From contig CAWEMM010000012.1 of assembly GCA_963810095.1 (NCBI GenBank), forward strand, positions 320,001 through 384,000: a stretch of 64,000 nucleotides of DNA, read 5' to 3'. Made by a program: the position numbers and the translations under genes. This stretch comes from an uncultured Chloroflexia bacterium (GTDB lineage: Bacteria > Chloroflexota > Anaerolineae > CG2-30-64-16). Positions 48,260 to 58,736 of the stretch are shown here, piece after piece. The notes under the pieces are model-generated. The model had not been told where the DNA came from. It made no database searches and was given only the letters and a program-made list of their open reading frames with translations. The number at the start of each line of letters is the position of its first letter. Positions within the stretch are counted from its first letter, which is position 1.

Positions 48260-48495
48260 TTTCGGGCCGGTCCTTTCTCGGGAGGTGCCGAAAGACGTCG
48301 TGAGGTTCCCGGTCTCGCCTCTGGGCGAGTCGGGCCTCCAAGGTCCTGTCACGCTCACGGTGCAAGCGGGCTGTAAGCCAAGCGCCAGGCGAAAATGCTC
48401 TGGCCGGTCTCGTATCCGCCAAACCTGGCTGGCACCCGAGCCAGACGGGCACGGTCAGAGACCGGCCCCAGCTGATTCTCGGATAGGTTCTTAGT

Positions 48496-49189
48496 CTAGT
48501 CCCGGTCGTCGCGCAGATGGATCACCGATACGAAGACAAAATACATCGCCGCAAGGCAGAGCGAGAACAGCAGCGAAAACACGAACGTGCGGCTGTACGC
48601 GAACGGGTTGCTCAGCCGCACCCAGATATCCGCCAGCAGCGTGACCGGATCGGTCAGCAGGTCCCAGCTGTTCCAGCGTGGGAAGCGGCCGAGGTAGACG
48701 CCAAAGCCCGTAACCGCCAGCACGCCCAGGGTAAAGACCCAACTTGTGACGACGCCGAACGCTCGCCGGACGAGCGACTGCATCAGGTAGAGCGAAATGA
48801 GGCCGAGAAAAACGCCGGTCAGCGCATAGGTGATCACCAGGATCAGGTCGTACCACAGCGGGACGCTGCCTACGGGGCGCAGATGGATAAAGTCCGTGAG
48901 GATGTACGGCGCGTTCGGGAAGAACAGCAGCCAGAGCCCGAGAAAGGGCAGGATCAAGCGGCCAGGCCCGCCGGCCGTAGCGCTTGCCGAGGTTGTACGC
49001 GACCAGTGCGCCGAGCATTGGCAGCCAGGCAAGGAAGAGATTCCACTGCAGCCCAAAATGGGTGAGCTGACCATCGTAGAGGGCCCGTACAACCAACATG
49101 AGCGTACACAGGGCCGTGGCAAATGCCAGCGAGGCGACGACCGCCGCTTGCCGGCGTTCGTGGAGCAGTAGCGTCTTGAAGCGCGTCAT
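48496..49189 (-). CDS. DUF1361-family membrane protein (frameshift)
   Basis: WNLFLAWLP, WLLFFPNAPYILTD, GVYLGRFPRWNSWD. Confidence 0.85.
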
Positions 49190-49323
49190 GTCTTCCTCCG
49201 TCAGGTCCTTGACCCCTGGGACGCCCGGCGATGGGAAAAGGTTCACAGCCTACAGCCGCAGCGGCCGCCGCCAGGGAGCTATAATGAAGGGAAATCTCAA
49301 GTTTCAGACCGCAGGAGGCCAGC

Positions 49324-50560
49324 TTGTCCCCTTCATCGAGCAGCGCACTGCCCGGCCCCGTCGTCGGCGCCGTGAGCAGCCTTTGGAACCGGCTCTCGCC
49401 CGAGCAGCGCCGGCAACTCGACCGTTGGCTGCCCGGCGCCGGAAGCATCACGGGCGTCCGGGATATCCTCAAGTTTATCACAGACAATTATCGCGGCGCG
49501 CTCGACACCACCTCGGCCACCATCGCGATCGTCGGACCCACGAACGTCGGCAAATCGACGCTCTACAACCAACTGATTGCGCCAAACGAAGTCAAGGCGG
49601 CGGTGAGCCCTGTGCCGGGCACGACCCGGGTGAACCAACTGGGATCAGGCGGACTGTTCAACGTCGTCGACACACCCGGCGTCGACGCGGTCGGCGCAGC
49701 CGGCCAGGCCGAGCGGGCCTATGCCTTTGATGCCGCAGCCACGGCCGACTTCCTGATCGTCATGTTTGACGCCGAGTGCGGGGTCAAACAGCCCGACCGC
49801 GAGCTGTTCGAGGCGCTCCGGGCGCTGAACAAGCCGTATCTCGTCGTGCTGAACAAGATGGACCTGGTGCGCAAGGGCGACCGGGAGAAGGTGCTGAACT
49901 CGGCGGCCGAGAACCTCGGCATCGACCGGATGGAGATCCTGGACATCGCAGCCGCCAAGGGCGATCATGTCGGCGCGCTCGTGCTCGCCGTCGCACAGGT
50001 GGACCCCCGGCTCCTGATCACCCTCGCCGACGCGCTACCCGCATACAGGGCACGACTTGGCATGGCAGCGCACCGTCGCGGCCGGCGTCGCAGCCGCCAG
50101 CGTCGCACTCATCCCTCTGCCCATGGCCGACGTCGTGCCGCTGCTCGGCGTGCAGACCGGCCTGGTCCTGACCATCGCCCGCGTCTACGGCTACGAGATT
50201 ACGGCCGCCCGGGCCAAGGAGCTGATCGCAACGTTCGGCGTCGCCTTTGCCGCCCGCACCTTGTTCCGGGAGCTCAGCAAGCTGTTCGGGGTGCCCGGGT
50301 GGATTCTCAGTGCGGTGGTCGCCGCATCGGGTACGATTGCCATTGGGTATGGCTCGATGCTGTGGTTCGAGCGCGGCGAGAAGCCCACCCAGGAAGCGCT
50401 GCAGCGGCTGATGGGCGAAATCGGCGGCTACCTCCGCGAGCAGCTCTCGGGGGGCGGCAGCCAGGAGAAGCCCTCGCCCAAAGTGCTCCGCCAGCGGCTG
50501 CAGTCGGCTATCAGGGGCCTGCCGGAGAAATTCGGTCCGCACGCCACTGCCGGGAACTAA
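49324..50560 (+). CDS. Era/HSR1-like GTPase with C-terminal DUF697 (YcjF-like) domain (frameshift near 50057)
   Basis: GPTNVGKST, DTPG, NKMD; IPLPMADVVPLLGVQ..IARVYG. Confidence 0.82.
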
Positions 50561-50607
50561 GCCGCGACCGATTAGGCCTTCGCCCCGCGCTGCTGGACAA
50601 CGAAGGA

Positions 50608-50708
50608 TGAAATGGGACACTGATTGGCCGGATCAGACTGATTATCGCGATCTTTGCCCAAAGCACCGTGCGGATGAGTTCAATCAGTTGCATCAGCGTC
50701 CCATTTCA
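50608..50708 (+). repeat. Family C element, copy 3 (best preserved; 17-bp terminal inverted repeats)
   Basis: tgaaatgggacactgat ... atcagcgtcccatttca. Confidence 0.85.
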
Positions 50709-50813
50709 CATCAGCGGAATCTCGGCAATTCGCCTGATTCGTCGCAGTTGGGGTGATTCGCGGCGATCTCGTCAGTCTTCCCGCTTGGCCGCGCATCTGT
50801 TAGAATTCGGCTT

Positions 50814-53431
50814 GTGATTCACCTCTCTGATCTCCTCAGCGCAAGCGGCGGGCAGGTACACGGGCCCATCTCCGCGAACGTCTTTGATTCGTTCGGGTTC
50901 GACTCACGCATCATCCGGCCGGGTCAGATGTTTGCGGCGGTGATCACCGAGCGCGCCGATGGCCATGTCTTCGCACGGGATGCCGTCACGCGCGGGGCGA
51001 CGGGCGTGCTGGCACAGCACCCGATCGAACCCGGAGACGGGCCCGCGACTTGCGTCATCGTTCCCGACACTCGGCAAGCCATGCAGGACTGGACGCGCTA
51101 TATCGTCAGGCAGCGGGCGCTGGACATCATCGGTATCACCGGCAGCGTCGGCAAGACGACGGCCAAGGAAGCAATTGCCGCGGTGCTCGCCTCCACCGCG
51201 CCGGTCTTCAAAAACCGCGCGAATTACAACGGGCTGTACGGGCTGCCCATTGCTCTCAGCGAGTTGCGGCCCGAGCACCGTGTGGCAGTGCTGGAGATGG
51301 CCGCGGACCACTTCGGCGAGATTAGCAAGCTCGCCACCATAGCCCGACCCAAGATTGCCGTCGTGACGACCGTAGAGCCCGCCCACCTCGAAACGTTCGG
51401 CTCGCTCGAAGCAATCGCACGCGAGAAGGGCAGCCTGGTCGCCGCGCTGCCCTCCGACGGCCTTGCCGTGCTGAACGCGGACGATCCGCCGCGTCGCTGC
51501 TATGGCCCGCCGTGCGCCTTGCGCCGGTCGTGACCTACGGCACTTCCGGTGTCGACGGGGCGCGGCCCTGCCCCGACATCTGTGCCAGCGACATCATCAC
51601 CTCACGCGAGGGGGTGCAGTTCAACGTCGACACGCCTGCAGGGGCGCGCCGGGCGCAAATCTCGCTGCTCGGCCGCCACCAGGTCTATGCGGCCTTAGCT
51701 GCGATCGCGGTCGGGTTGGCGCGCGGGATTGATATCGATACCATCCTCGCCCAGCTTGCGGCGATGTCGCCCGTGCGGGGCCGCCTCAACCCCCTGCCCG
51801 GCCTGCGCGGAAGCCTCATTCTCGACGACTCCTACTCCTCGAGTCCTGCGGCCGCGGAAGCCGCGCTCGAAACCCTCGACGCGCTCGAGGGCCGGCGCAA
51901 GATCGCGGTGATGGGCGACATGGTCGAGCTGGGCGACTTCGAGGCGGCCGGGCACGAACAGGTGGGCCGGCGCGCCGCTCGAACGGTCGACCTGCTGATC
52001 ACCCGCGGCAACCGGGCCCGGCGCATCGGCGAGGCCGCTCGGGATGCAGGCTTGCCGGCCGACCGGGTGCTGGCAACCTACACGGCGGAGGATGCGGCAA
52101 GGGCCGCGCTCGCAGACCTCGGACCCGGTGACATCATCCTCGTGAAGGGGTCGTTGAGCACGCGGATGGAACAGGTCGTACGCCTGCTGATGGCGGAGCC
52201 GGAGAGCGCGCAGGAAAGCCTGGTACGCCAGGATGCGGCCTGGCGCTCCACCGTCACGCTTTTCCCCGACCGGCCGACCTGGCTCGAAATCGACCACGGC
52301 GCGATCGCACACAACGTCCGGCGGCTGGTGGAGCTGGCCGGCGGGAGGCAGCTGCTCATCTCGCTGAAGGCCGACGCGTACGGGCACGGCGCGGTGCAGG
52401 TCGCGCAAACTGCACTGCTCAACGGCGCTTCCTGGCTGGGCGTGGCAACGCTCAGCGAAGGGGTGGCGCTGCGGCAGGCAGGCATCGAAGCGCCCGTGCT
52501 GGTCCTCGGATATACTCCTGCCTGGCAGGCGCGCGACGTCCTGCGCCACGGGCTCACGCCGACCGTCTACAGCCTGGAAGTCGCCCGCGCGCTGTCACGG
52601 GCCGCGCTCGCGCTGGACCGGCCCGCGCGCGTCCATGTCAAGGTCGACACAGGCATGGGCCGGCTCGGCATCTTCCCCGAAGAGGCGCGGGACTTTGTCA
52701 AGGCGCTCGCAGGCATGCCAGGGATCGTACTGCAAGGCATTTTCACCCACCTGGCGGTTGCCGACGGCGAAAGCGAGTGGGAGCATACCTATACGGCGGA
52801 GCAGCTCGCGCGGTTCGACGGGGTGCTGGCCGGGCTCGATGCCGACGGGATACACGTTCCCCTCGTGCACGGCGTGAACTCTGCGGGGCTGCTGGACGCC
52901 ACGGTGGGCTTCCTGGCGCCTGCAGGCCCCCTGGCCCAACACACGCTGGTCCGTGCCGGCATCGCCGTCTACGGATTGCATCCTTCCCCCGGCGTACGCT
53001 TGCCCGGCGACTTCCGCGCCGCACTGTCGTGGAAGACGCAGGTTGCCCAGGTTAAGACGCTTCCCGCGGGAAGCTATGTCAGCTATGGTGCGACCTACCG
53101 GACCGAGGCGCCCTCGCAAATCGCCGTCATCCCGGTCGGCTACGCGGACGGCTTCCGGCGCGGCCCCTCGAACTGGGGCGAGGTGTTGGTGCGCGGCCGC
53201 CGCGCGCCCGTTGTCGGCCGGGTGACGATGGACCAGACCATGCTCGACGTCACCGCCGTCCCGGGCGTGCGCCAGGGCGACGAGGTCGTGCTGATAGGGC
53301 AGCAAGGCGGAGACGCTATCAGTGCGGAGGAGGTGGCCGAACGGCTGGGGACGATCAATTACGAAGTGGTGTCGGCGATCCTCGCGCGCGTCCCGCGGAG
53401 ACCCCAGCATAGCGCTTTGGCAAGACATTGA
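50814..53431 (+). CDS. alr: Bifunctional MurF ligase / alanine racemase (frameshift near 51490)
   Basis: MurF: DSR, GITGSVGKTT, LNADD, GRLN, LVKGS; Alr: KADAYGHG, HVKVDTGMGRLG, PVGYADG, GRVTMDQ, GTINYE. Confidence 0.92.
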
Positions 53432-53434
53432 GCT

Positions 53435-53506
53435 AACCACAAAGACACAAAGACACTAAGCTTCACGAAGCTTCGAGCGTCTTTGTGTCTTGGTGTCTTG
53501 GTGGTG
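53435..53506. repeat. Family A 9-nt-periodic palindrome
   Basis: aaccacaaagacacaaagacac ... ctttgtgtcttggtgtcttggtggt. Confidence 0.8.
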
Positions 53507-53537
53507 AAGGTCAGGTCGCATCACGGGAGGGATCATC

Positions 53538-54801
53538 ATGACTGAAGGCAAGGTACTGGAGGCGTACGCGCTGGCCCAGGAACGCTACGCCGCGCTCGGC
53601 GTCGACACCGAGGCTGCGCTCGCCGCGCTCGAGCGGATTCCCATCAGCCTGCACTGCTGGCAGGGGGACGATGTCGGCGGCTTCGAGTCGCCTGGCGGTG
53701 AACTGGGCGGCGGCCTTGCCAAGACGGGCAACTATCCCGGCAAGGCACGCACGCCCCAGGAGCTGCGCCGCGACCTTGACGCCGCGTACAGCCTGATCCC
53801 GGGCAGCCACCGCCTCGCGCTCCACGCGATGTATGCGGAGCCGGGTGCGCAGAAGATCGGCCGCAACGACGTGCGGCCCGAGCACTTCGCGCACTGGGTG
53901 GCCTGGGCCAAAGATAAGGGCCACGGCCTTGACTTCAACCCGACCTACTTCGGGCACCCGATGGCGGCCAGCGGCTTCACGCTCTCCTCTTATGACAAGG
54001 GTGTGCGCGACTTCTGGATCGAGCACGGCATCATCTGCCGGGAAATCGGGGCATACTTCGGTCGCGAGTTGGGAACCACCTGCCTCAACAACCACTGGAT
54101 TCCCGACGGCATGAAGGACACGCCAGCGGACCGCAAGACGCCACGCCTCCTCCTGAAGGACTCGCTTGACAAGATTTTTGCCGCGCCGGTGGACAGTCAA
54201 TACAACCGCGACGCAGTGGAAGGCAAGTTGTTCGGCATCGGTGCGGAGAGCTACACGGTTGGCTCGCACGAGTTCTACCTGGGCTATGCCGTCGCCAACA
54301 AGCTGGTGTACACCCTCGACTCGGGGCACTACCACCCAACCGAGACGATCAGCGACAAGCTGTCGTCCGTGCTGCCCTTCGTCGAAGATGTAATGCTCCA
54401 CGTCTCGCGCGGCGTTCGCTGGGACAGCGACCACGTCGTCATCTTGAACGACGATCTGGCAGCCGATCATGCAGGAGATCGTGCGCGGGGACTACACCTC
54501 GCGGGTCCACATCGGGCTGGACTTCTTTGATGCGAGCATCAACCGCATCGCGGCCTGGACAGTGGGCACACGCAGCGCGCTCAAGGCGCTGCTGATGGCG
54601 CTGGTGGAACCGTATGCACAGCTTCGACAGTTGGACGTGGAGGGGGACTACACGGCCCGCCTCGTGCTGCTGGAAGAGTTGAAGTCGATGCCGTTCGGCG
54701 CGGTGTGGGATGAGTACTGCCTGCGGAAGGGTGCGCCGGTCGGCTACGACGTGCTGAACGCGATCCGCGAGTACGAGCGAACCGAGCTCGCTAAGCGATA
54801 A
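53538..54801 (+). CDS. rhaA: L-rhamnose isomerase (frameshift near 54465)
   Basis: [56 protein letters not shown]. Confidence 0.95.
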
Positions 54802-54806
54802 AGCGT

Positions 54807-54873
54807 TAACCACTAAGACGCGAAGACACCAAGGTACACAAAGACATTGTGAACCTTGGTGTCTTCGTGGTTA
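54807..54873. repeat. Family A palindrome between convergent genes
   Basis: taaccactaagac..gaagacaccaagg ... ccttggtgtcttcgtggtta. Confidence 0.8.
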
Positions 54874-54883
54874 GTGGCCGTCA

Positions 54884-55897
54884 TCACTCCCCCGCGGCCC
54901 CGCAGAAGGCTTCGAATACCTCGTCCGGCGTCGCGGCGGGTATTTCGCAGCCCGCGCTGAGCATGAAGCGCGCGCCGCCCGCGGTCCCCTCGGCGACGGC
55001 CGAACGAGCCGATGCCCGGCAGGCCTCGGGTGTCGCCTGCATGATCTGCCCGACCGGGTCGAGATTCCCCTTGAAACACATGCCATGAGCGGCGTACACC
55101 TCGCGCGCCTGCTCCAATGGAACCAGGTGATCGACGTTGTACAAGTCAGCCCCGGCATGCGCCATGTCATGCAGCAACTTAGTCGTATTGCCGCAGATGT
55201 GGAGCTTCAACAGCGAGCCCGCCTCGTGAACGGCCTGGCACACCCGCTGCTCGTAAGGCAGCGCGAACTGGCGGTACATGGCGGGCGAGATGAGCGACGC
55301 GGCCGCATCGCCCGCGCCGATCATGTCGGCACCGGCCTCAACCTGGGCGAGCGCGAAGTCGATCACGATCTTTGTAAGGTGGGCCAGCAGCCGATGGGCT
55401 GCATCGGGCGCATCCACGATCAGCGTCAGGAAGGCCTGGACGCCCCACAGCGAGCACGCTTCGGCAAAGGGCATGTCGACCCAGCCGAGCACGGCGACCC
55501 GGCCACTTGCGCTCGCGGCCATTTCCCGCACTGCGCCGACCCTGTCGGCCATGCGCGAACCGCGCTCGAGGGGATCTGGCCGGCCAAGCCGCGGGATGCC
55601 GGCCGGTTGTGTGAGCAGCGGCCGGGCGAGGTGGGGCGGCCTGTCCACCGGGTAGGTCATGTCGCCGCCCAGGTCCGCCGAGACGCGGAAAGCGTCCGAA
55701 CATGCAGTGACCGCGTCCAGGCCGAAGCGCTCCTGCGCGCCCAACTGCGCGCGGGCGAGCGCCCGCCCATCCGTCGCGTATTGGCGATAAGTCATCCGCG
55801 CCCGCTCGGCGGCAAAATGCATCAGGAGCGGAAAAACAGGCGTGCGGTCCACTGGCAGGCCGTGGACGGCAGCCAAAAAGCGTTCACGTGAATTCAT
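54884..55897 (-). CDS. UroD/MtaA-family protein (methylcobamide:CoM methyltransferase-like, Zn motif intact)
   Basis: MNSRERF, ISPAMY..FALPY, LHICGN, KGNLDP, LSAGCEI. Confidence 0.85.
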   Translation of the reverse strand: MNSRERFLAAVHGLPVDRTPVFPLLMHFAAERARMTYRQYATDGRALARAQLGAQERFGLDAVTACSDAFRVSADLGGDMTYPVDRPPHLARPLLTQPAGIPRLGRPDPLERGSRMADRVGAVREMAASASGRVAVLGWVDMPFAEACSLWGVQAFLTLIVDAPDAAHRLLAHLTKIVIDFALAQVEAGADMIGAGDAAASLISPAMYRQFALPYEQRVCQAVHEAGSLLKLHICGNTTKLLHDMAHAGADLYNVDHLVPLEQAREVYAAHGMCFKGNLDPVGQIMQATPEACRASARSAVAEGTAGGARFMLSAGCEIPAATPDEVFEAFCGAAGE

Positions 55898-55920
55898 AAG
55901 CTTCCAACTAAAAGGATTTT

Positions 55921-55997
55921 CCACCGGGAAGGCACAAAGACAGGAAGCTTCACAAAGTATCTTTGTGCTTCTTCGTGTCTCTGTGCCCTTGTGGTTA
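55921..55997. repeat. Family A palindrome
   Basis: ggcacaaagacaggaag ... cttcgtgtctctgtgcc. Confidence 0.7.
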
Positions 55998-57531
55998 GGC
56001 CTGGTTCACCTGTCCGATGGCCTCGCGGAGGATGTCCGACTCGGTGGGCTCGCCGCGTTGATACTCGCGGCAAATCTCCCCCCGGCGCATGACGAGGATA
56101 CGGTGGCTCATTTCGAGCGCTTCCGTGTAATCCGAGGTGAGCATAAGGATGCCGACCCCTTGCTCGAGCAGTTCTTCCATGATCCGGTAGATTTCGCGGC
56201 GGCCGTTGATGTCGATGCCGCGGGTCGGCTCGTCAAAAATCAACACCTTCGCCCGGGCGCCAAGCCACTTCGCGACCACTGCCTTTTGCTGATTGCCCCC
56301 CGAAAGCTGCCGCGTCAGCGTGCGGATGCTGGGCGCCTTAATGTGCAGGCGTTCGAAATACTCCTGCGCCTCCGCGTCAATCTGCCTGTGATTGATCAGC
56401 CCGGCCGTGGTGAGTCGAGGGCTGGACGGCAGCGCGTAGTTGTCCCGGATGCTCATGTCGAGCACCAGTCCCGCGGTCTTGCGGTCCTCGGTCAGGTAGG
56501 CCACGCCGTTGCGGATGCCTTCCTCCGCGGTCCGGTTCCTGACACGCTGCCCACCCACATAGATCGTCCCGGCGTCCGGTTGGTCGATGCCGGCAATCGC
56601 CCGACCCAGCTCAGTCTTACCCGCGCCCATCAGGCCCGTAACGCCGACGATCTCGCCCTTGCGCACCCGCAGGTCGATGTTCTGGAACTTGCGCTTGCGG
56701 GTGAGCCCTTCGACGCGCAGCGCGTCGTCGGCCGACGGCTCGGCCAGCGCGGGATACTGCCGCTTAACCTGCCCGCCGATCATTTTCTCGATCATGGTGT
56801 CGAATGGCAGGCCCCTGATGTCGTACGTACCGACGTTGTGGCCGTCGCGCAGGATCGTCACCCGGTCGCCCACCTCGTACACCTCCCGATAACGATGCGA
56901 GATGTACACGAATGCCACGCGGTGGGCCGTCTTGAGCTCCGCGATCAATTTGAAGAGGTCCTGGCGCGACCGGTCCTCGAGCACGTCGGTCGGTTCATCC
57001 AGGATGATGACCTTGACCTTCGTGGTCAGCGCGCGAGCGATCTCGACCATTTTCTGTTGGGTCACGCTCAAGTTGCTGACCAGCTCGCGGGTCGAGATTG
57101 ATGTGGAAGCGCTCGAGCAGGTCTGTTGCCTCTGCATACAGGCGCCGCGAGTCGACGAGCCCCCCGCGTTTTGGCTCGATGCCGAGAAAGATGTTGCGGG
57201 CGATGTCGATGGGCCGGACGAGGTTGAGCTCCTGGTAGATGCAGCGCATCCCTTGGTCCAGCGAGTCCTGGGGACCGCGGATGGCGACCTTCTGCCCAGA
57301 CACCCAAATCTCGCCCTCGTCCGCCACGTACGCGCCGCTGAGCACCTTGATGAGCGTGCTTTTGCCCGCACCGTTCTCGCCCAGGAGGACGTGGACCTCG
57401 CCGGGGCGAAGCTCGAAGTCCACCTTGTCGAGCGCGAGGACGCCGGGGAACCGCTTGACGATTCCCTTCATCTCGACGACGCACCGAGCGGCGTCGGGCG
57501 CGGGTGCAGCGGGCAGCACAGGATCAACCAT
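55995..57531 (-). CDS. Monosaccharide ABC ATPase (RbsA-like, two NBDs; frameshift near 57090)
   Basis: GENGAGKSTL, ILDEPT, YISHR, LSGGNQQK, FDEPTRGID. Confidence 0.92.
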
Positions 57532-58651
57532 ACACACACTCTTTCGCCGCATCGGCGAATGCGACCAGGTTCTCGACGGGCGTTTCGAAGAAATGGTCGG
57601 AGCAGGAACAGATATACGCCCCGTCGCAGCCGACGGTCTCGAACAGCTTGTGCACCATGGCGCGTATCTCGGCCTTAGTGCCGGTGGTAACCGTGTTGAA
57701 CTGGTCAAGCCCCCCGATGAGTGCGACCCGGTTGCCGACCTTTGCGCGCAGTTCCCACGGTTCCTGGTTGCCGCCCACACTCACGGGCGCAACAGTTTCC
57801 GAGGCATCGCAGCCATTGGCGATGATCAATTCTTCAAGGCCGCGGGTGCCGCCGCAAGTGTGGTAGGTGACCGGGAAGCCAACAGCGTGGACTGCATCGT
57901 GGAGCTTCTTGTCGTAGGGCAGGCAGAACTCGGCGTGCAGCTTGGGCGATATTACCGTCGAGGAGGCGGAGCCGCCGCCGGTCTCGATCAGGTCAAACTT
58001 CGCACCCTTCATCGTCTCGATGAACTGCAGCTTCTTCTCGAGCAGGATGTTCAGGAGCGCGTGGACCCAATCAGGCCGGTCGAAGGTGGCGTAGATGAGG
58101 TCGGTGATGTCGTAAAGGCATGCGGCGTGCTGCCAGCAGCCGGCCTGGTCACCCCAGACGAAGCCCCGCAGGATCCCTGCATCGCCAATCGCGTCCCAGC
58201 GCTTGAGAATCGGCTCGTGGACGAGCGGTGGCACCGGCATATACTTGCGGATCAGCTCGATGTCCTCGTCGTGCTTGATCAGGTATTCCGTGATCCACGT
58301 CGTCTTGCGGTCGCCCTCGGTCTTGTAGGTGAGGACGCCTTCGGGCGTGTGGATGGTGTGGTGCGACACCCGGTGATCCGGGTCGTTGCTGAGGCGATCC
58401 ACTTCATCGCGCCAAGTGGGTGTGTTGAACTTGGAGCTGTCCACGTCGACCAACCAGAACTGGCCCATGTCCTGGAAGTATTGGATCTGCGCGTCGAGCC
58501 CGACTTGCTGGAAGGCCTCCAGGTCGGAGATGCCGCCCATGTACTCTTCGAGGTGGTAACCCTGCCACTGGTGGACGGTCGCGGGCAGGCGGTCGGGCTT
58601 GCCCTTCTGCAGTGCGATCATCATGCGTTCTTTGGAGTTCATGTCCGGCAT
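57524..58651 (-). CDS. UroD/MtaA-family protein
   Basis: MNSKERM..GKPDRLP, ISPKLHAEFCLPY, YHTCGG, LIGGLDQ. Confidence 0.85.
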   Translation of the reverse strand: MPDMNSKERMMIALQKGKPDRLPATVHQWQGYHLEEYMGGISDLEAFQQVGLDAQIQYFQDMGQFWLVDVDSSKFNTPTWRDEVDRLSNDPDHRVSHHTIHTPEGVLTYKTEGDRKTTWITEYLIKHDEDIELIRKYMPVPPLVHEPILKRWDAIGDAGILRGFVWGDQAGCWQHAACLYDITDLIYATFDRPDWVHALLNILLEKKLQFIETMKGAKFDLIETGGGSASSTVISPKLHAEFCLPYDKKLHDAVHAVGFPVTYHTCGGTRGLEELIIANGCDASETVAPVSVGGNQEPWELRAKVGNRVALIGGLDQFNTVTTGTKAEIRAMVHKLFETVGCDGAYICSCSDHFFETPVENLVAFADAAKECVYG

Positions 58652-58665
58652 CTCCTCGATGAGGG

Positions 58666-58731
58666 CTTAACACAAAGACACGAAGACACAAAGGAGATCG
58701 TTTCTTAGTGCCTTTGTGCCTTTGTGTTAAG
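58666..58731. repeat. Family A palindrome
   Basis: cttaacacaaagacacgaagacacaaag ... ctttgtgcctttgtgttaag. Confidence 0.8.
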
Positions 58732-58736
58732 GATAG

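Noticed and set aside
50511-50693. Small ORFs sharing MQLIE/ISVPFHPSLSS peptides (also near 45719 and 24172)
   Set aside because: These are translations of the family C repeat, not a peptide family
53435-58731. Repeats as a CRISPR array
   Set aside because: Copies are dispersed and divergent, with no regular repeat-spacer structure and no cas genes
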